A stretch of DNA of 53,833 bases, from the NCBI GenBank assembly GCA_001724265.1, contig MEDY01000196.1:1-53833 (forward strand). The letters are read 5' to 3'. How positions within the stretch are numbered: position 1 is the stretch's first letter; the number at the start of each line of letters is the position of its first letter. Under the pieces are notes generated by a model, which was not told the origin of the DNA, searched no databases, and saw nothing but the letters and a program-made list of their open reading frames with translations. The position numbers and the translations under genes were made by a program. Positions 32,234-45,164 of this stretch are shown here, in pieces. Origin of the DNA: Rhizaria sp. SCN 62-66. Its lineage: Eukaryota.

Positions 32234-35200
32234 TTACATCTGCGGCACTACGCCCTCGTTGTCGCCATAACCGGGCCACGCAACGTGGACATACCCGCGC
32301 TCGACGACCGGGACCGCCGCAGAGGCCGGGAACACCGGCGCCGGCTCGCCTTTGACCGTGGGCGAGTTGACCTTGTTGTCACTGGCATGAACACCATCAG
32401 TGATGTGAGAGATCGCGGTCGCGCTTGTCCCGTTGTTCACAGAGGGACTGGGAGCAGCCGCAGGCGATGACAACGCTCCCCACATCATCGCGGCCACCGC
32501 GGCGCCCATGTCCCGCGGCTTGACCGCGCCCCCCACAGCCACACCGCTGCCGTTGCCGCCGCTGCTGCTGTTGTTGCTGTTGCTGTTGTTGCTAAGGGAA
32601 TCCGCCGTAGTCGCAGCGGTGTGAGAGGCGGGAGCGAGGCGGACAATGCCGCCGGCGAGAGCAGACCCGCCCACGCAACCGCTGTCGCTGATGTCAGCAA
32701 CGGCAGCGGCGGCGGCGTCGGGGAGACGCGCGCGCGGCATCAGAAGCGCATACATGCTGCTGTCTGTGTTCACCGCAGTCCGCACGTTGACACTCGCGCT
32801 CGCGCTCGCACTCTGCGAGTGCAGCTGTGGGTCGGCGTGCGTCGGCGAGTGCGAGGGCGGAGTGGCCTCGGGGGCCATCGTCGTCTCCAGCGGCATCAGC
32901 GCAGACCGGGACGGCAGCGACGACTGAGCCGGCAGAGCGAACTGAGCCATCGAGCCACTCACACTGGCGTTATTGTCCACCACAGTCGTAGCCGCCGCTG
33001 CCGTGTTGTCGCGAGGAGCGGCGGAGGTACTTAGAGCCTTGTAAGTAGGCGCGGTGTACGGGACGTCGGGCGCGTACGCAACAACACTCCTGCCGCCAGC
33101 GGCGCCCGCGCGCGTCGCCACGGTTGCCGCGGCACTCACAGTGCTGGAGCTCACAGTGGCGGAGGTGTTTGAGGCGGGGAAAGCGCGCGCGCGGACGGGG
33201 GTAGGGGCAGTCACGGCCGCCATGCTCGACACGGCCGGCGGCAGCGCGGCATGAGGCGGTGGTTTGACGCTGTAGCCAAGCTTGCGGAGCAGCAACAGCG
33301 CCGAGGCGGCCTCGGCGCCCGCGCGCGCAACGTCGGCCGCCACCTCGGCCGCGGTCTGCACCGCGCCAAAGCCACTGGCGCTGGCACTGGCGCTGGCGCT
33401 GGCACTTGCAGGAGATTCAGCGGGAGCACCTGTCCCACTCGCACTGGGGGCGGCGGGGGGGATGGCGTTCGCGGCCGGGGGAGCGGCGACGGGCGACTGC
33501 GAGGCCGGCGGCACGCGCGCGCGGTAGCGGCCGGGCGTCACCGGAGCACACTCGGCCTGCTGCGACTATGATTGCGAGGGTGGCTGGGTCTGCTGGGCCT
33601 GCGAGTGGGCGGGTGGGCTCGCGCGCACCGGCGAGAGAGGTGGCGACTGCGCGCGCGACAGCGGCGGCGACTGCGCCCCAGAGAAGAGCGACCGCGGCGG
33701 CGACGAGGCCGAGATCAGCGTCGCGGGACGCAGCAGTAGCACTGGGCCCGCGCTCTCGTAGCCGCAGCCGTCGCCGCCACAGCCAGTTGTCGCAGCGCTG
33801 CGGGCGACGCTGGCTCTGACGGCGGCGACCGCGGCGGCAGTGGCGTTGCCGATGCTCGTGTTGTGGCCGTCGCCGCCGCCGAAAGCGTTTGTTGCGTGAG
33901 CGCTGCTACGGGCGGGCATGTGCGCCGCGGCGGCGGCCTTCGCTGCGGCAGCAACGGCAGGGTCGACGCCGCCCGCGGTGTAGCTGGCGTTCAGGCTCAT
34001 ACCCGTGTTCGTGTGAACATTAGCGTTGTTGTTGTTGACCGGCGTGGGGGCGCGACCGTGGGTTGACGCCAGCCCCGGGAGCGCCGGCCTCACCGACGAC
34101 GACGACGACGACAATGATGATGACATGTGCGGACCAATACCACTAGCACCAGTCGCGGCAGCCGCGGTGGCGGCGGTGGCGGCGGCGTAGGCGGCGGCGT
34201 AAACCGAGGCCGACACCGCGGGGCCCGCGTACGCAGGTACGGGCGCCGGCGGTAAGTGCCTCTGCAGAGGCTGCTGTTGCACATGCTGTTGCTGGCGGCG
34301 GAGCGCGGCTGCCGCCTCGGTGGCGTGCGCGGGCGCGGCCGTGAAGGGCGGCATGTGACGCGCCGCCGCGAGCGCCGGGGACAGCAGCGGCAGAGCCACG
34401 CGCGTCAGGACGTCGCCGCTGATGCCGCTCGCCACGGGCGGCGGCGGCGGCGCCAGCAGCACGGGCGCGGCGACCGAGCGCACGGTGGCCGACACCGGCG
34501 CGGGCGCTGTGTGAGCTGCTGCGGCGGCGGCGGTGGCGTGGGGGCCGGAGGCGGCGTGCCAGGCCAGCCAGGCGGGCAGGCTGTCGGGGCGGTGGACCGG
34601 GTGGCTCCAGTCAACTGCAAACACAGGCGCTGCCGCTGCAGCTGAGGCTGGGACTGACTGGGCGACTGCGGGAGCAGGAGCGAATGCGGGCGCCTGACTG
34701 TGGGCCGAGTGACTGTAAGCAGAGTGACCGTGGGCAGCAGTGGCGACGGCGGCAGGGTGACTGGAGGCAGTGGGCACAGCGGGGGCGTGCGAATAGCTGG
34801 CGTTAGCGTCTGTCAGTTGCGCTGCAAACTGCGCGCTTTGCGGGACTAACGGCGTGTACTGCGTCTGGAACGCCGAGTTGGACTGCTGCATCACAGCAGG
34901 CGTCTGCTTGAGCTGTTGTGTGAGATTCACAGCAGAAGGTGCAGCCGCCGGAGCAGCGTCAGTGTAGTGATAGTGCTGGTGGACTGCAGGCTGAGCGGCG
35001 GCCGCCGCCTTGGCGTGGGCCCACCGCTCCCGCATGCTCTCTGCGGGGCTCAGGATCATATTCACGGTGTTGGCCGCACCTTTTGCACCGTCACCGCGAC
35101 CGGCACCGAGCAGAGTGTTGCTGCCATAGCCACTGTATATGTTTCGGTACGCGTTGCCGTTGCCGCCGTAGGGCGTCGCCGCGGTGACCGCCGTGCCCGT

Positions 35201-37357
35201 AACGGCGCCGGTCACGGCGTTGACGCGAGGACCAAGCGCGACGGCGGCCGCATTGTGACCCGCGACGCTGTGGTAGTTGCCGTACGTGCTCGGGTTGCTG
35301 TAGTAGCTCTGCGAAGACACTGGGGCTGAGACAATGATGTCGTCGCCGTCATCGTAGGCAACGGCGCGGTTGATGTTGTTGTTTGATAGCTCGGTGGTCG
35401 CTGCGACAGGGGCAACGGCGCGAGCGAGAGCGTTGAAGCGAGCTAGCACGTCGAGCGCGGCCGCAGCGGCACGACCGGGGGACTTCTGCCCTCCAACACC
35501 AAGTTCAACATCAGCACCAGCGCCAGCGCCAGCGCTCGAGCTAGAGCTTGCGCTGGCAGAGACGGAGACGCCCGGGGTTCTCGGAGGCGCACGCTTGCTC
35601 TTCACCGCACTTGCACTCAGGCTCGCGCTGTAGCGACTACTGCTGCTGCCGTTGCTCGCGTCGTTGCTGCGGTAGTCCTGCTTCGGCAGCGTCGACGGCG
35701 GGAGCGCCGCGATGGCCGCGCGCAGCCGCGTCACATCAGCCGCCGACGCCGCGCTCTGCGCCGCGCTGTGAGCTGTGGAGGAGTCGCCTGCGTAGACCGC
35801 GGCCAGCGCCGCCGTGATGGGGTTGTCGCTGTACGCGGCGCTCGCACCGCGGCCAGCGCCCCCGTGGGACTTGTTGAGCGCGCTGCTGTTGTTCGCGCTG
35901 GCGTTGGCGGCCTCGACCGCTGCGAGCGCCTGGATGTGCGTCGGCGCGGGCGTGCGCGGCAGAGCGGGGCCGTGCAGCAGCGGGTTCACGTGCATCGGGC
36001 CGCGGGCCACGGAGTGACCGTGAACGGCAGCAGCGGCAGGGTGACCGGCGGCGGCGCGGCGGACCAAATCGTAGCCCTCTGTGAAGCCGCGGGAAAAGCC
36101 CGCCGAGTCGACTCTGACAGCGGCAGTAGTATTCAGACCGCTGCTGCTACTGCTGACGTTATTGAGGTTGTTGTGACTAGTTCTGTGTGGCGTCGTCGGC
36201 AGCGGCCCCGGCTGTGGATGCGCGATGTGAGCGGTGGACACGTCCGGGGTCGCGCCGGGCATAGCGCGCAGCAGGTAGTGCAGCGACCGCATGCCCTGGG
36301 CTGCCGCGGCCAGCGCGGCGTCGGTGCTCTCGTAACCCCTCTTGTTCGCACTCGAGCCTCCAGTCTGATGCTGATGTAGAGGCTGAGTGGGAAGCTGGGC
36401 CTGTTCGTGGACGCGTGAGGACTCCAGGTCGACGCCCCAGTCGCTGTCGCGGTAAACCACGCTGATGTTCGCCTTGGACAGCTCCGCATTCGACACAGCA
36501 TTCGTAGCGTTTGCAGCGTGCCCAGCGCTGGCCGCAATGGGGGGATGCAGAGAGCGAGCGCTCGCGATGGCAGCGTCGGCCGCAGTCGGCCCCACGTTGC
36601 CATAGTCGTTGTAGTCGTCGACACTGTTGCTGCCGCCGCGGTGGCCGTGCGCAGACGTCGCTTGCGTTTGCGAGGGCTGCGCAGGTTGGTAGTACACGCT
36701 GTCCCCGTACTGGTACCCCTCGACTGACACGAGCGCAGGCGCGGAGGCGGCGGCAGCGGGCGCAGGACCCCCGTAGGCGTGACTCGCAGCCAGGCCGCTG
36801 CTAGCGCCGTCGCCGTCGTCGTAGTCGTAGTCACCCTCACCTGCAAGCGCGGCGGGGGCGGCCTCGGCAGAGGCGGCGGGGGTGACGAGCACGGACACGA
36901 CGCCCGCGGGGCCCAGAGAGACGTCGACGCGCGGCTGCGAACCGCGCTCGGGCAGCGCGGCGGGCAGGAACGACGCCGACAGCGCCGCGCTGGCCGAGGC
37001 GGCGGGCCCGACGACTGTTGGCGCCGGTGCCGGTGCATGGCGGGAGTTGTAGAAGGAGAAAGGCGAGGCGGCTGCGGCCGTGGGTTCGGGGCCGTACGCA
37101 GCGGAACCGGCGTCGAACTCGTCGTCCTCCTCGCTGTAAGCGGCGTGCGCGGGGTAGGCGTGCGCGAAGGAGACGTCGGGGCGCGCGGTGGCGGCGGGGC
37201 GGCCCGGGGTCGCAAAGAACGTGGTCCCGACATCGGAGCGGTCGCTCACGGGGGCGGACACGCGCGGGGAGTCGGCGTACTGCGCCTGGAGAGCGGACGC
37301 CAGGTAAGAAAGCGCCGCGGTGGCGTGGATAGCAGAAGACGGGGCTGCTGCGGACAT
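32234..37357 (-). CDS. ~1707-aa low-complexity (Ala/Ser/Pro/His) protein of unknown function; 1 in-frame TAG
   Basis: ORFs 33566..37429 and 32234..33541 share a frame across TAG 33566-68 (PSQS*SQQAEC). First ATG at 37357. TAA at 32234 adjoins the AT-rich spacer. No recognisable domain. Confidence 0.7.
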
Positions 37358-37886
37358 CGCGGCGAGGTGAACCGAAGCCAGGAAGGAAACAGAAAACCTC
37401 TCTAACGGTTTTGAGGGCGGCAAATGCACGAGGGGTCGCGTAGGAGTGAGAAATCAAGTGCAATTCAAAAGTCATGTTTAAAATACAAACCATTAGTAAG
37501 ATATCAAACAGTATGAAGTCATTTTAATGACATTAACGATCAAGAGACACCGCAGTGACAATAATGAGGATCGCCTTAGTTGTCCGCTCCCTAGACACCT
37601 AGGTCCGTGTTCAGCGACAGCGAAGTTTGAGGTGGCCAACAAAACAGTAGCTAACAGCTGGTTCAATCGTTAAGTGCTGTTATATTTGAGTGTTATAGAA
37701 TTCATAATGACAAGTCTATATTTTAGTTCTTGGGTGACACCAGAGGCTGCATCTGTATTGAGTTATTCGCTGCTAATATTTGCATTCTCCAAATCGTATC
37801 TTGCTCCACAGTAAGCTTTCTTTAAGCCTCTCGCACTCCACCCACCGGCCATAGCTTCTGCTGTGCCGCGTCTGTCCAAGTAGGCG

Positions 37887-40800
37887 ATGTCGCATAACTC
37901 CAATCCCCCCGGTTATAACCTCTCAGAGGGCGCACCTGCCGGCGGTGTGAGCACGGACCCATCGTCGACCAACACCAGCAACAACTACAGTGACGATATC
38001 GGCGCGCATGCCGGCGCCACGACCTCAGCAACGACCGCCGTCGCCGCGCCCCGCTCCATGGCCGCGTCCGCCCTTAGCGCGATTGCCCGCGTGCTGGCGT
38101 CGCTGCTGCGCCGCAGCCCCTTGGTTGCCGCGCGCGTTGCGGGTACGACGGCGGCCGCGGTCGCTGTTCTGGCGCTCGCCGTCCAACTCGTCCTGCGCTC
38201 GCGCCGGCTCACCGCGCACGTCATCTACCTGAACTGGCTGCACTTCCCCTGGCTGGACTTTGCGCGACCCGAGCGCGCGTCGTGCTTCGGCTTCTTCCCT
38301 GGGCTGCCCGCGACGCGCTTCGTGCCCGCGCTTTCGCCTTACACAGCCAACGCCGTGCCGTGCTGGGTCACTGCGCCCGCGCCACGGACGCTGCGCGTGC
38401 TCGCAGCAGGCGCGGCCAGCGACAGTAACATCAATAGCAACAGCTATAGCGTTAGCAACAACAAGAGCGACGACGAAGGCGAGACTTGCAACAAGTTCGC
38501 GAGTGACACTGCGAGTGCTTCGACTCCACCGTCGCAGTCCCAGTCCTAGTCGCTCCCCCGGTCGACTGTGCTGTCGATCCCGTGGGCGAGCGACCCCGAC
38601 CGGCCCTTACCGGCCCCCGAGCACCTCTTTGCGGACCCCTTAGACCGGCCCGTGGTCGTCTACTTACACGGCGTCTGCTCGCACCGGGCAGAGATGCACC
38701 GCTCGCTGCTGTACACATTCCTCTCCGCGCCCCACGCGGCCGCGGTTGTGCCCAAGCCCTTTACACAGGCGCAGTCGGAGTCGGAGTCGGAGTTGCGTTA
38801 TGATGCGGAGACTGAGTATGCGGAGACGGCTGCTCAGAGGGGGCCGTTGCAGCGGTGTCCGGCCCCCTTCGCCTTCCCTCCCACTGGCGTCCCCTCGACT
38901 GCTAACCACAACATCAGTAACGCTTACCAGGCAGCGCCGCCTGCGGTCTCCGCGCCCACAGACAGCGACAAGAGAGAGGCCGCCCAGGCGCTGGCGCAGT
39001 CGCTGGCCGTGCTCCGCGCCGGCTTCTGGGCCCTGCCCGCCAGGCTCTCGGGCGTCTTCGCCCCGCACGCCACCGCGGTGCCCGTGGAGGCGCCGAACGC
39101 GTTCGTGGTGTCGCTTGACTACCGCGGCTTCGGCGACAACACGCACTCGCGTCGCGCCTGGCTCCAGGGCCGCGCGCAGGACTACAATGCGCGCGCGCAC
39201 ACGGCGCGGCCCGACGGAGACGACGGTGAAGACGACGACGAGGGGGACTCTGCTGATGCGACCACAAACACTGCACATATGAAGAGCGCGAGCGCCGCAG
39301 CGGAAGAGCAAGATCTGTGTTTCAGCGACTATTTCAACCCTCCGATTGCGCAGCCGCGCTCTTCACCGTCACAGAGCGACAGCTGCGCCTTCACCGCGAC
39401 TGCTACGAAGGACCGCGCCGACTTGGCGCCCGTGGGCCCCGAGCGCGCCCCGTTCACGGCCGCGGGCTTTGTGCCGCCGCCGCGGCGCCAGCGTGCGGGT
39501 CTGGCGGTCCCGGCGCCGCTGTCGCACGCGCGCGCGCGGGCGCTATGGGGGCGCAGCCCCATGTTCGACCCGCGGCTGCTGTGGCCGCGCAGCCCCGCTG
39601 CTGGACGCTCTGCGGGTCGTAACGCCGGTTACGCTGCGGAGTCCTCAGCTGAGGGTGCTAAGACTGAGAGCGACAGCGGTGCTGGTGCAGGCTTCGCGGT
39701 CCCGCTCGGCGGGCGCGACGGCGGACGCTCCCCCACTGCCATCGCGGCCGCCGCGGCCACGGTGGCGACCGCAAAGCCGGTCCCGTGGTTTGTCGCAGCC
39801 CCGCTGGCGGCGCTGGCGGCGGCCGCGAGCGTGCTGCTGCCGCCGTTGCGCGCTGCCCTCTCGGCTAACTCGGTTCCCGCCCCGCTTCGCACCTCAACCA
39901 ACGCGCACGCACACGCACACGCGGGCGCGAGCACAGTGACTGCGACGGCGACGGCGACCGCGACGGTGACGTCAATCGTGACCGCGACGGCGGACGCGAC
40001 TGGGGCAGTTACGCAGACGCAGACGCAGACCGCGCAGACCGTGACCGTGACCGCGACAGCGGACGCGGCCGTCCCGTCCCCGGGCTCCGAGGCGCCGACC
40101 CCCGCCGGCCTACTATGGGACGCGCTCGCGGTGTGGGACTGGCTGACGGTGACGTGCCGCGTGCCGCCGCACCGTATCGTGCTGGCGTCGCACTCGCTGG
40201 GCACGGCCGTGGCGGCCAAGCTAGTCGACGCGCTGGCCGAGCGGGCGCACGCCCTCGCTGACCCCGCGCACCCGGGACACGCGTGCGCGTGCAAACACTG
40301 CGTGGCGCCCCGCTTTACGCAAAGCAACGCAGCAGCAACAGCAGCGACGCCGGCGAGCACTGAGGTCGCAACACCGCAGGCGTTGGTGTCGGTCGAGAGC
40401 TTGCGCTCCGACGGTGTGATCACCACGCAGTCGGCCTACACGCGCTGGGCGGCGGCCGAGCTGCTGCCCGCGGGCGTGGTGCTGGAGGCGCCTCTGCTGT
40501 CGCTATCCTCGGTGGTGCGCGACATGCCGCTGCTGCAGCCGTTGCTGGCGCTGAACAATCCATTCCCGTTCAAGATCAAGCTTCCCGCGCCGCCGAAGCT
40601 GCCGCCGCTGCCGCCGCTGCCCTCGCTACCGCGTCTGCCCTCGCTCGCGCGGCTCCAGCGCCTCTCGGGGCTGTCGTCGCTGTCCTCGCTGCCGGCGTTG
40701 CCGTCGCTGGGGCAGATCCGGCGCAGGCTGCGGCGGCAGCCGACGCTCACGCCGGCCAGCACGAGCGGCCGCCCGCGGGGCGACGGTGCTGCCGGCGCCG

Positions 40801-43800
40801 TCACCGCGTCGGCGACGGCGACGGCGACGGCAACTGCAACGGCGACGGTAACGGCTACAGTGACCCGGACGACGACCGATGCCCGCACTGACTGCCATGC
40901 CCCAATTTCTGGTGACGCCCGCGACAACAATCTTTCCAGCTCTGATCGTGAAGCGCCGAAGACTGTGAACGCCGACGACGACGAGACCCCCATCGGCTCA
41001 CTCACGCTCACGCTGCCCTCCCACACCGCGAATCACAACAAAAACAGCAACAACAATGACGACAGTCACGGCGACGCCGAGGCGCAGCGCGCCGCCGCGC
41101 TCGAGCTGACCGTGAGCCCCTCCGACGCCGCCACCGACTGCGAGAACACCTCCGCTGAGGATCAGCAGCTGCAACAGCACCAGCAGCAGCCGTCACAACA
41201 AGGGCCGCCGAGCGTACCGCCGCTGCCGCCGCTGCCGACGCTGACGCACCACGTGTACGACAGCGCGCTGCACTGGGCGCGCAGCGAGGCCGCCGCCGCC
41301 TCGGCCGCGCTGCCCGCCGCGACCGGCCTCGCACTCGCGCTCGCCACCGCCGCCGGCCGCAGCCCCGCCGCGGCGGACAGCGACTCCCCGCTGCGCCCGC
41401 TGTCTGTGGCGACTGCGGCGATCACGGCCACCGCGTCGCTGGCGGCGGTTTCGCGCGCGGTGCGCACTCTGCCCGTGCTCGTGCTGCACGGCGGCCGCGA
41501 CGGCGTCGTCCCACACGCGCACGGGCGCGCGCTCTTCGGCCACATCGCGGCGGCGCGCGCGCGGGCCGTCGCCGACGTCGCGGTCGCCGCGGCGGTCGAC
41601 GCGGCCGCGCTCATCGCCGCGGCCTCGGCGACCGCAGCCGCCAGTGCCGAGCTCGCCGCCGCCGAGGCCGCCGCCAAGGCCGCCGCCAAGGCCGCCGCCA
41701 CAGTCGCCTTCAGCCCTGCCTCGGCCGCTGCAGAGGCTGAGGTGCAGTCTCTGCTGATCGCGGAGCCGTCGGCCGACATCGCCCACATCGGCACCGGCAG
41801 CGCCCACTCCGGCGCTGTCGCGATGGTCGCGGGCGCGTCGCTTGCAGCGTCGGACGACAAGCCCCTGATCTCGCCACTGCAGTCGCTCGCGCAGTCGCCC
41901 GCCGACTCCGGCCGCAACGCCGCAGGCGGCAGAGACGGGCCCGCTGCGCTCGCCCTCACCCGGCCGCTGCCCACGGTCTCGCTCGTCGGCCATGACGCAT
42001 CTGGTGCTCCCAGTGGGGCTGCGGTGCCGCCGACGAGATTCGCGGGCGGCGCCGTGCTGTCACAGACGCAGTCGTTATCTTTATCGCTGGGCCAGTCGGA
42101 CGTGCACTCGAACGACCTCAGCCTCAGCTTCACGCTCGTCGGCTCCGACATGTACAACGACTGCGGCGACGACGACAATGATGACGGCCGCGATGACGTC
42201 AGCGTGAGCACGGACGTCAAGGGCGACGGCAATGGCGGCACCAGTGAGGCCGGCACCGGCAAGCGGCCCGCGCCCAAGCCCCGCAACGCGGCCACGGTCA
42301 CAGTCGCTGGCGCCGTCGCCGTGTCGGCCGACGAGAAGGACGAGGACGAGTTCGCCCTTTCGGACCCCGGCAACAACACCATTGCCAGTAACAGCAGCAA
42401 CACCAACAGCATCACGAACGGCAGCATCGACCTTGCCGCAGCGCTGTCGGGCAGCATGTCCGCGACGGCGACCGCGATCGCGGCCGCCGCTGCCGCCGCG
42501 CCCGCCGAGACCCGCGCCGCGCTCTCAGCCAGTGCAGCGAGCCTCTCCCTGGCGCAGTCCGCGCTCACAGCTTCGGCCTCGGCGACGGCGACGTCATTCG
42601 CGGCCGCGCAGGCCTTTTCGCCGGCCCCCACGCTCTCGGTCGCGCTCACGGTGCCCACCGCCTCCCCGTCGGTCTCATCGCTGCCCGGCGCCGCGGCCGC
42701 TGCGGCCTCGCCAGTCCCGGGGCCTGGGTCGGGGCTGCAGTGCGTGTCGCTGCTTGCGGCCGAGGGCTCGGTGAACGCAGACTCGGACACGGACGCCGTC
42801 GTCACCAGTGGCAATGGTGCTGCTGCACTGCGGCCGCACTCGCCGGCGCCGTCGTCGCGGTCGTCGGTCTCCAGCCCGCCCCTGCGCCCTAACGGAGCCG
42901 GCTCCAACGCTGAGAGCAAGCACATCAGCAACAGCAGGAGCTTCGGTAGCAGTAGCCACAGTCTCAATGCTGCTGCTGGTGCGAGCGCTGGCGCGCTGAC
43001 CCCTGTGCCACTGCCGCTGCCGCTGCCGCTGCAGTCGTCCCCAGCGGCATTCTCAGTCTCTTACGCCCCAGCTGCCACCGCTGCGAATGCGCACACTGCC
43101 GCGTCGTCGTCGTCCGCGTCCCCCGCGACCGCCGCCGCCACCGCGGCCACTGCGACGCCGGTGGGCGCGACGCCAGCTCGCGGCGCGACCCCGGTGTTCG
43201 CGGCCGCGCTGGGCCTTCTAGTCCCGCCCTCGCCTTCGCCGCCGCCGCTCTCGTCCTCCAGCAGCGCCGCTGCGGCCGCCGCTGCGACCGCGAGCGCCGC
43301 GGCAGGCGCTGCGGCGGGGGACGGGATGGGTCTGGCACCTTTCCCGCTGACCGAGTCCGCGGCGGCGAGCCCCGTGGTGCTGCCGCTGGGCCACGCCGCC
43401 GCCGCGGGCGTCCTCGCGGCTGCGGCCGCGGCGCGCGCCGCCACGGCCGCCGCCGCGGTCGCCGCCGCCGCCGCGGCCACGGCGAGTGCGAGCGCGACGG
43501 CCGCGCAACATCAGCTGCTGCACCAGCGGCCGCCGCGCGCGCCTGGCTCCGCGACCGTCGCCGCCGCGCCCGCCGCGTCCGCACCGGGCGGCACCGGCGC
43601 GGTCGGCGCGGTGGCGGACATGCGGCTCGCAAGCCCTGCGCTGGCGGGCTCCGGCGGCAGCTCCGGCATCAGCAGCGCCACGCTGAGCGCGAGCGCGAGC
43701 TTGCGCACGCCGCCGCCGCAGCCGCTGATGCTGACGCCGCCCGCGCGCATTGCCGGCGCCGCATCGGTCCCCAACTCAGGCTCTCACCCCCAGTCCAGCT

Positions 43801-44897
43801 CTAGTTCAGGCGCCGATGCTGTTGCTGCCGCTGCTGCTGCTGGTGCCGCAGTGACACCCCCGATGCACACGCGCGCGGTGCTGACCTCCACCGTCGCCAC
43901 GGGCGGCGCCGGGCGCGACACGGTGCTGTCGCTGCTGTCGACCCCGCCCGCGCGGGCGTTTGCGCGCGGCACAGGCGCGCTCCCTGCGCCGACAGTGCCC
44001 GGCTTCGACGGGAGCAGCAACCGCAGCGGCAGCGTCGACATCGACGGGAGTGCTGGCTGTGATGGCACCAAGGTCTTCCTCGCGGCCGGTCTGGCGTCGC
44101 CCCCGTCCTCGCCGTCTCTGTCGTCGTCGGCGTGGCCGTCGCTCACCGCACTCTCAGCGCTGCCCGTGCCCCCGCCATCGCTCGCGATCGCTGCTACAGA
44201 TGCTTCCGACGGCGACGACACGGCCGAGGCGTTTGCATTCACTCCTGTTGTCAATACGACAACCGCCGCGGCGGCCGCCTCCGCGGCGTCTGCCGCAGCC
44301 GCCGCTGCCGCTGTAGCCCAGGCTGAGGCGGACGCCGCCGCCGCCGCCGCGTACGCCGCGGAGGCCGCCGCCGCGGCCGCTGGGTCAGTGACGTTCCACC
44401 CTCAGCTGCCCTCGGTGCTCGAGTCGACCGCGGCGCAGTGGGAGCTGCCCGGCGAGGGTGGGGGCTCGGTCCGCGCTGCCGCCGCCGTCACGCTGCCCGC
44501 CGCGCTGCCGCCCATCTTGCGCGCCATGGGCCTGCCCGTCGCCGTTGCCGCGATCTCTGACTGCAATGGCGAGGCTGGTGGTACGTCGAGTAGTGAGTCT
44601 AATGAGTCGCTGTTCCAGAGCTGCGTGCCCGCGGCGACGGCGCGGCACGAGCAGCGGCGCGTGCTGCGGCTGGGCGGGGGCGCGGCGGTGACCGTGGACG
44701 CTGCGGTGCCCTTCGCGGCGCGGCCCATGTGGGGCGGCGCACTGTCCAGGGCCGCAGCCAGGGGCGCCGTGGCGTTCGTGAGCGTCGCCGAGTCGGACCA
44801 CAACGAGCTGGTGTGCTACAGCTCGACCAGGATTGCGCTGTCGGCGTTCATCTTGGCGCATACTGATCCGCTTAAACAGCAGCAGAAACAACTTTAA
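37887..44897 (+). CDS. ABHD12-like alpha/beta hydrolase, ~2336 aa, inflated by very large low-complexity insertions; 1 in-frame TAG
   Basis: A TM-like segment and VIYLNWLHFP come before TAG 38547-49. After it, in ABHD12/13 order: VVYLHGVCSHRAEMHRSLLYTFLS, SLDYRGFGD, PTPAGLLWDALAVWDWL, ASHSLGTAVA (Ser 40194), VLEAP, LVLHGGRDGVVP (Asp 41499), SDHNEL (His 44799). Ends TAA TAA. Confidence 0.82.
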
Positions 44898-45164
44898 TAA
44901 CATCTTTTTACTGTGTCCCGACGACAGCAAGATCATGTGACGGTGAAGTTCATTCATCGAATCTTGTTTTACATTAGTTTCTATCATTACAATAGTGAGC
45001 TCAATATAATTGTGAGTAAAAATAAAGATTTATTATCATGACGTTAATTTTAGAGAATTATAATTTTTTAAAGATCATTTAAATTGGTTGAGATTCGTTG
45101 CATTTTTTATTGTATTTTCAGTGTTTTATTCTTGCCGTTACAAAGTTTGATGGTCCAAAGAAGT

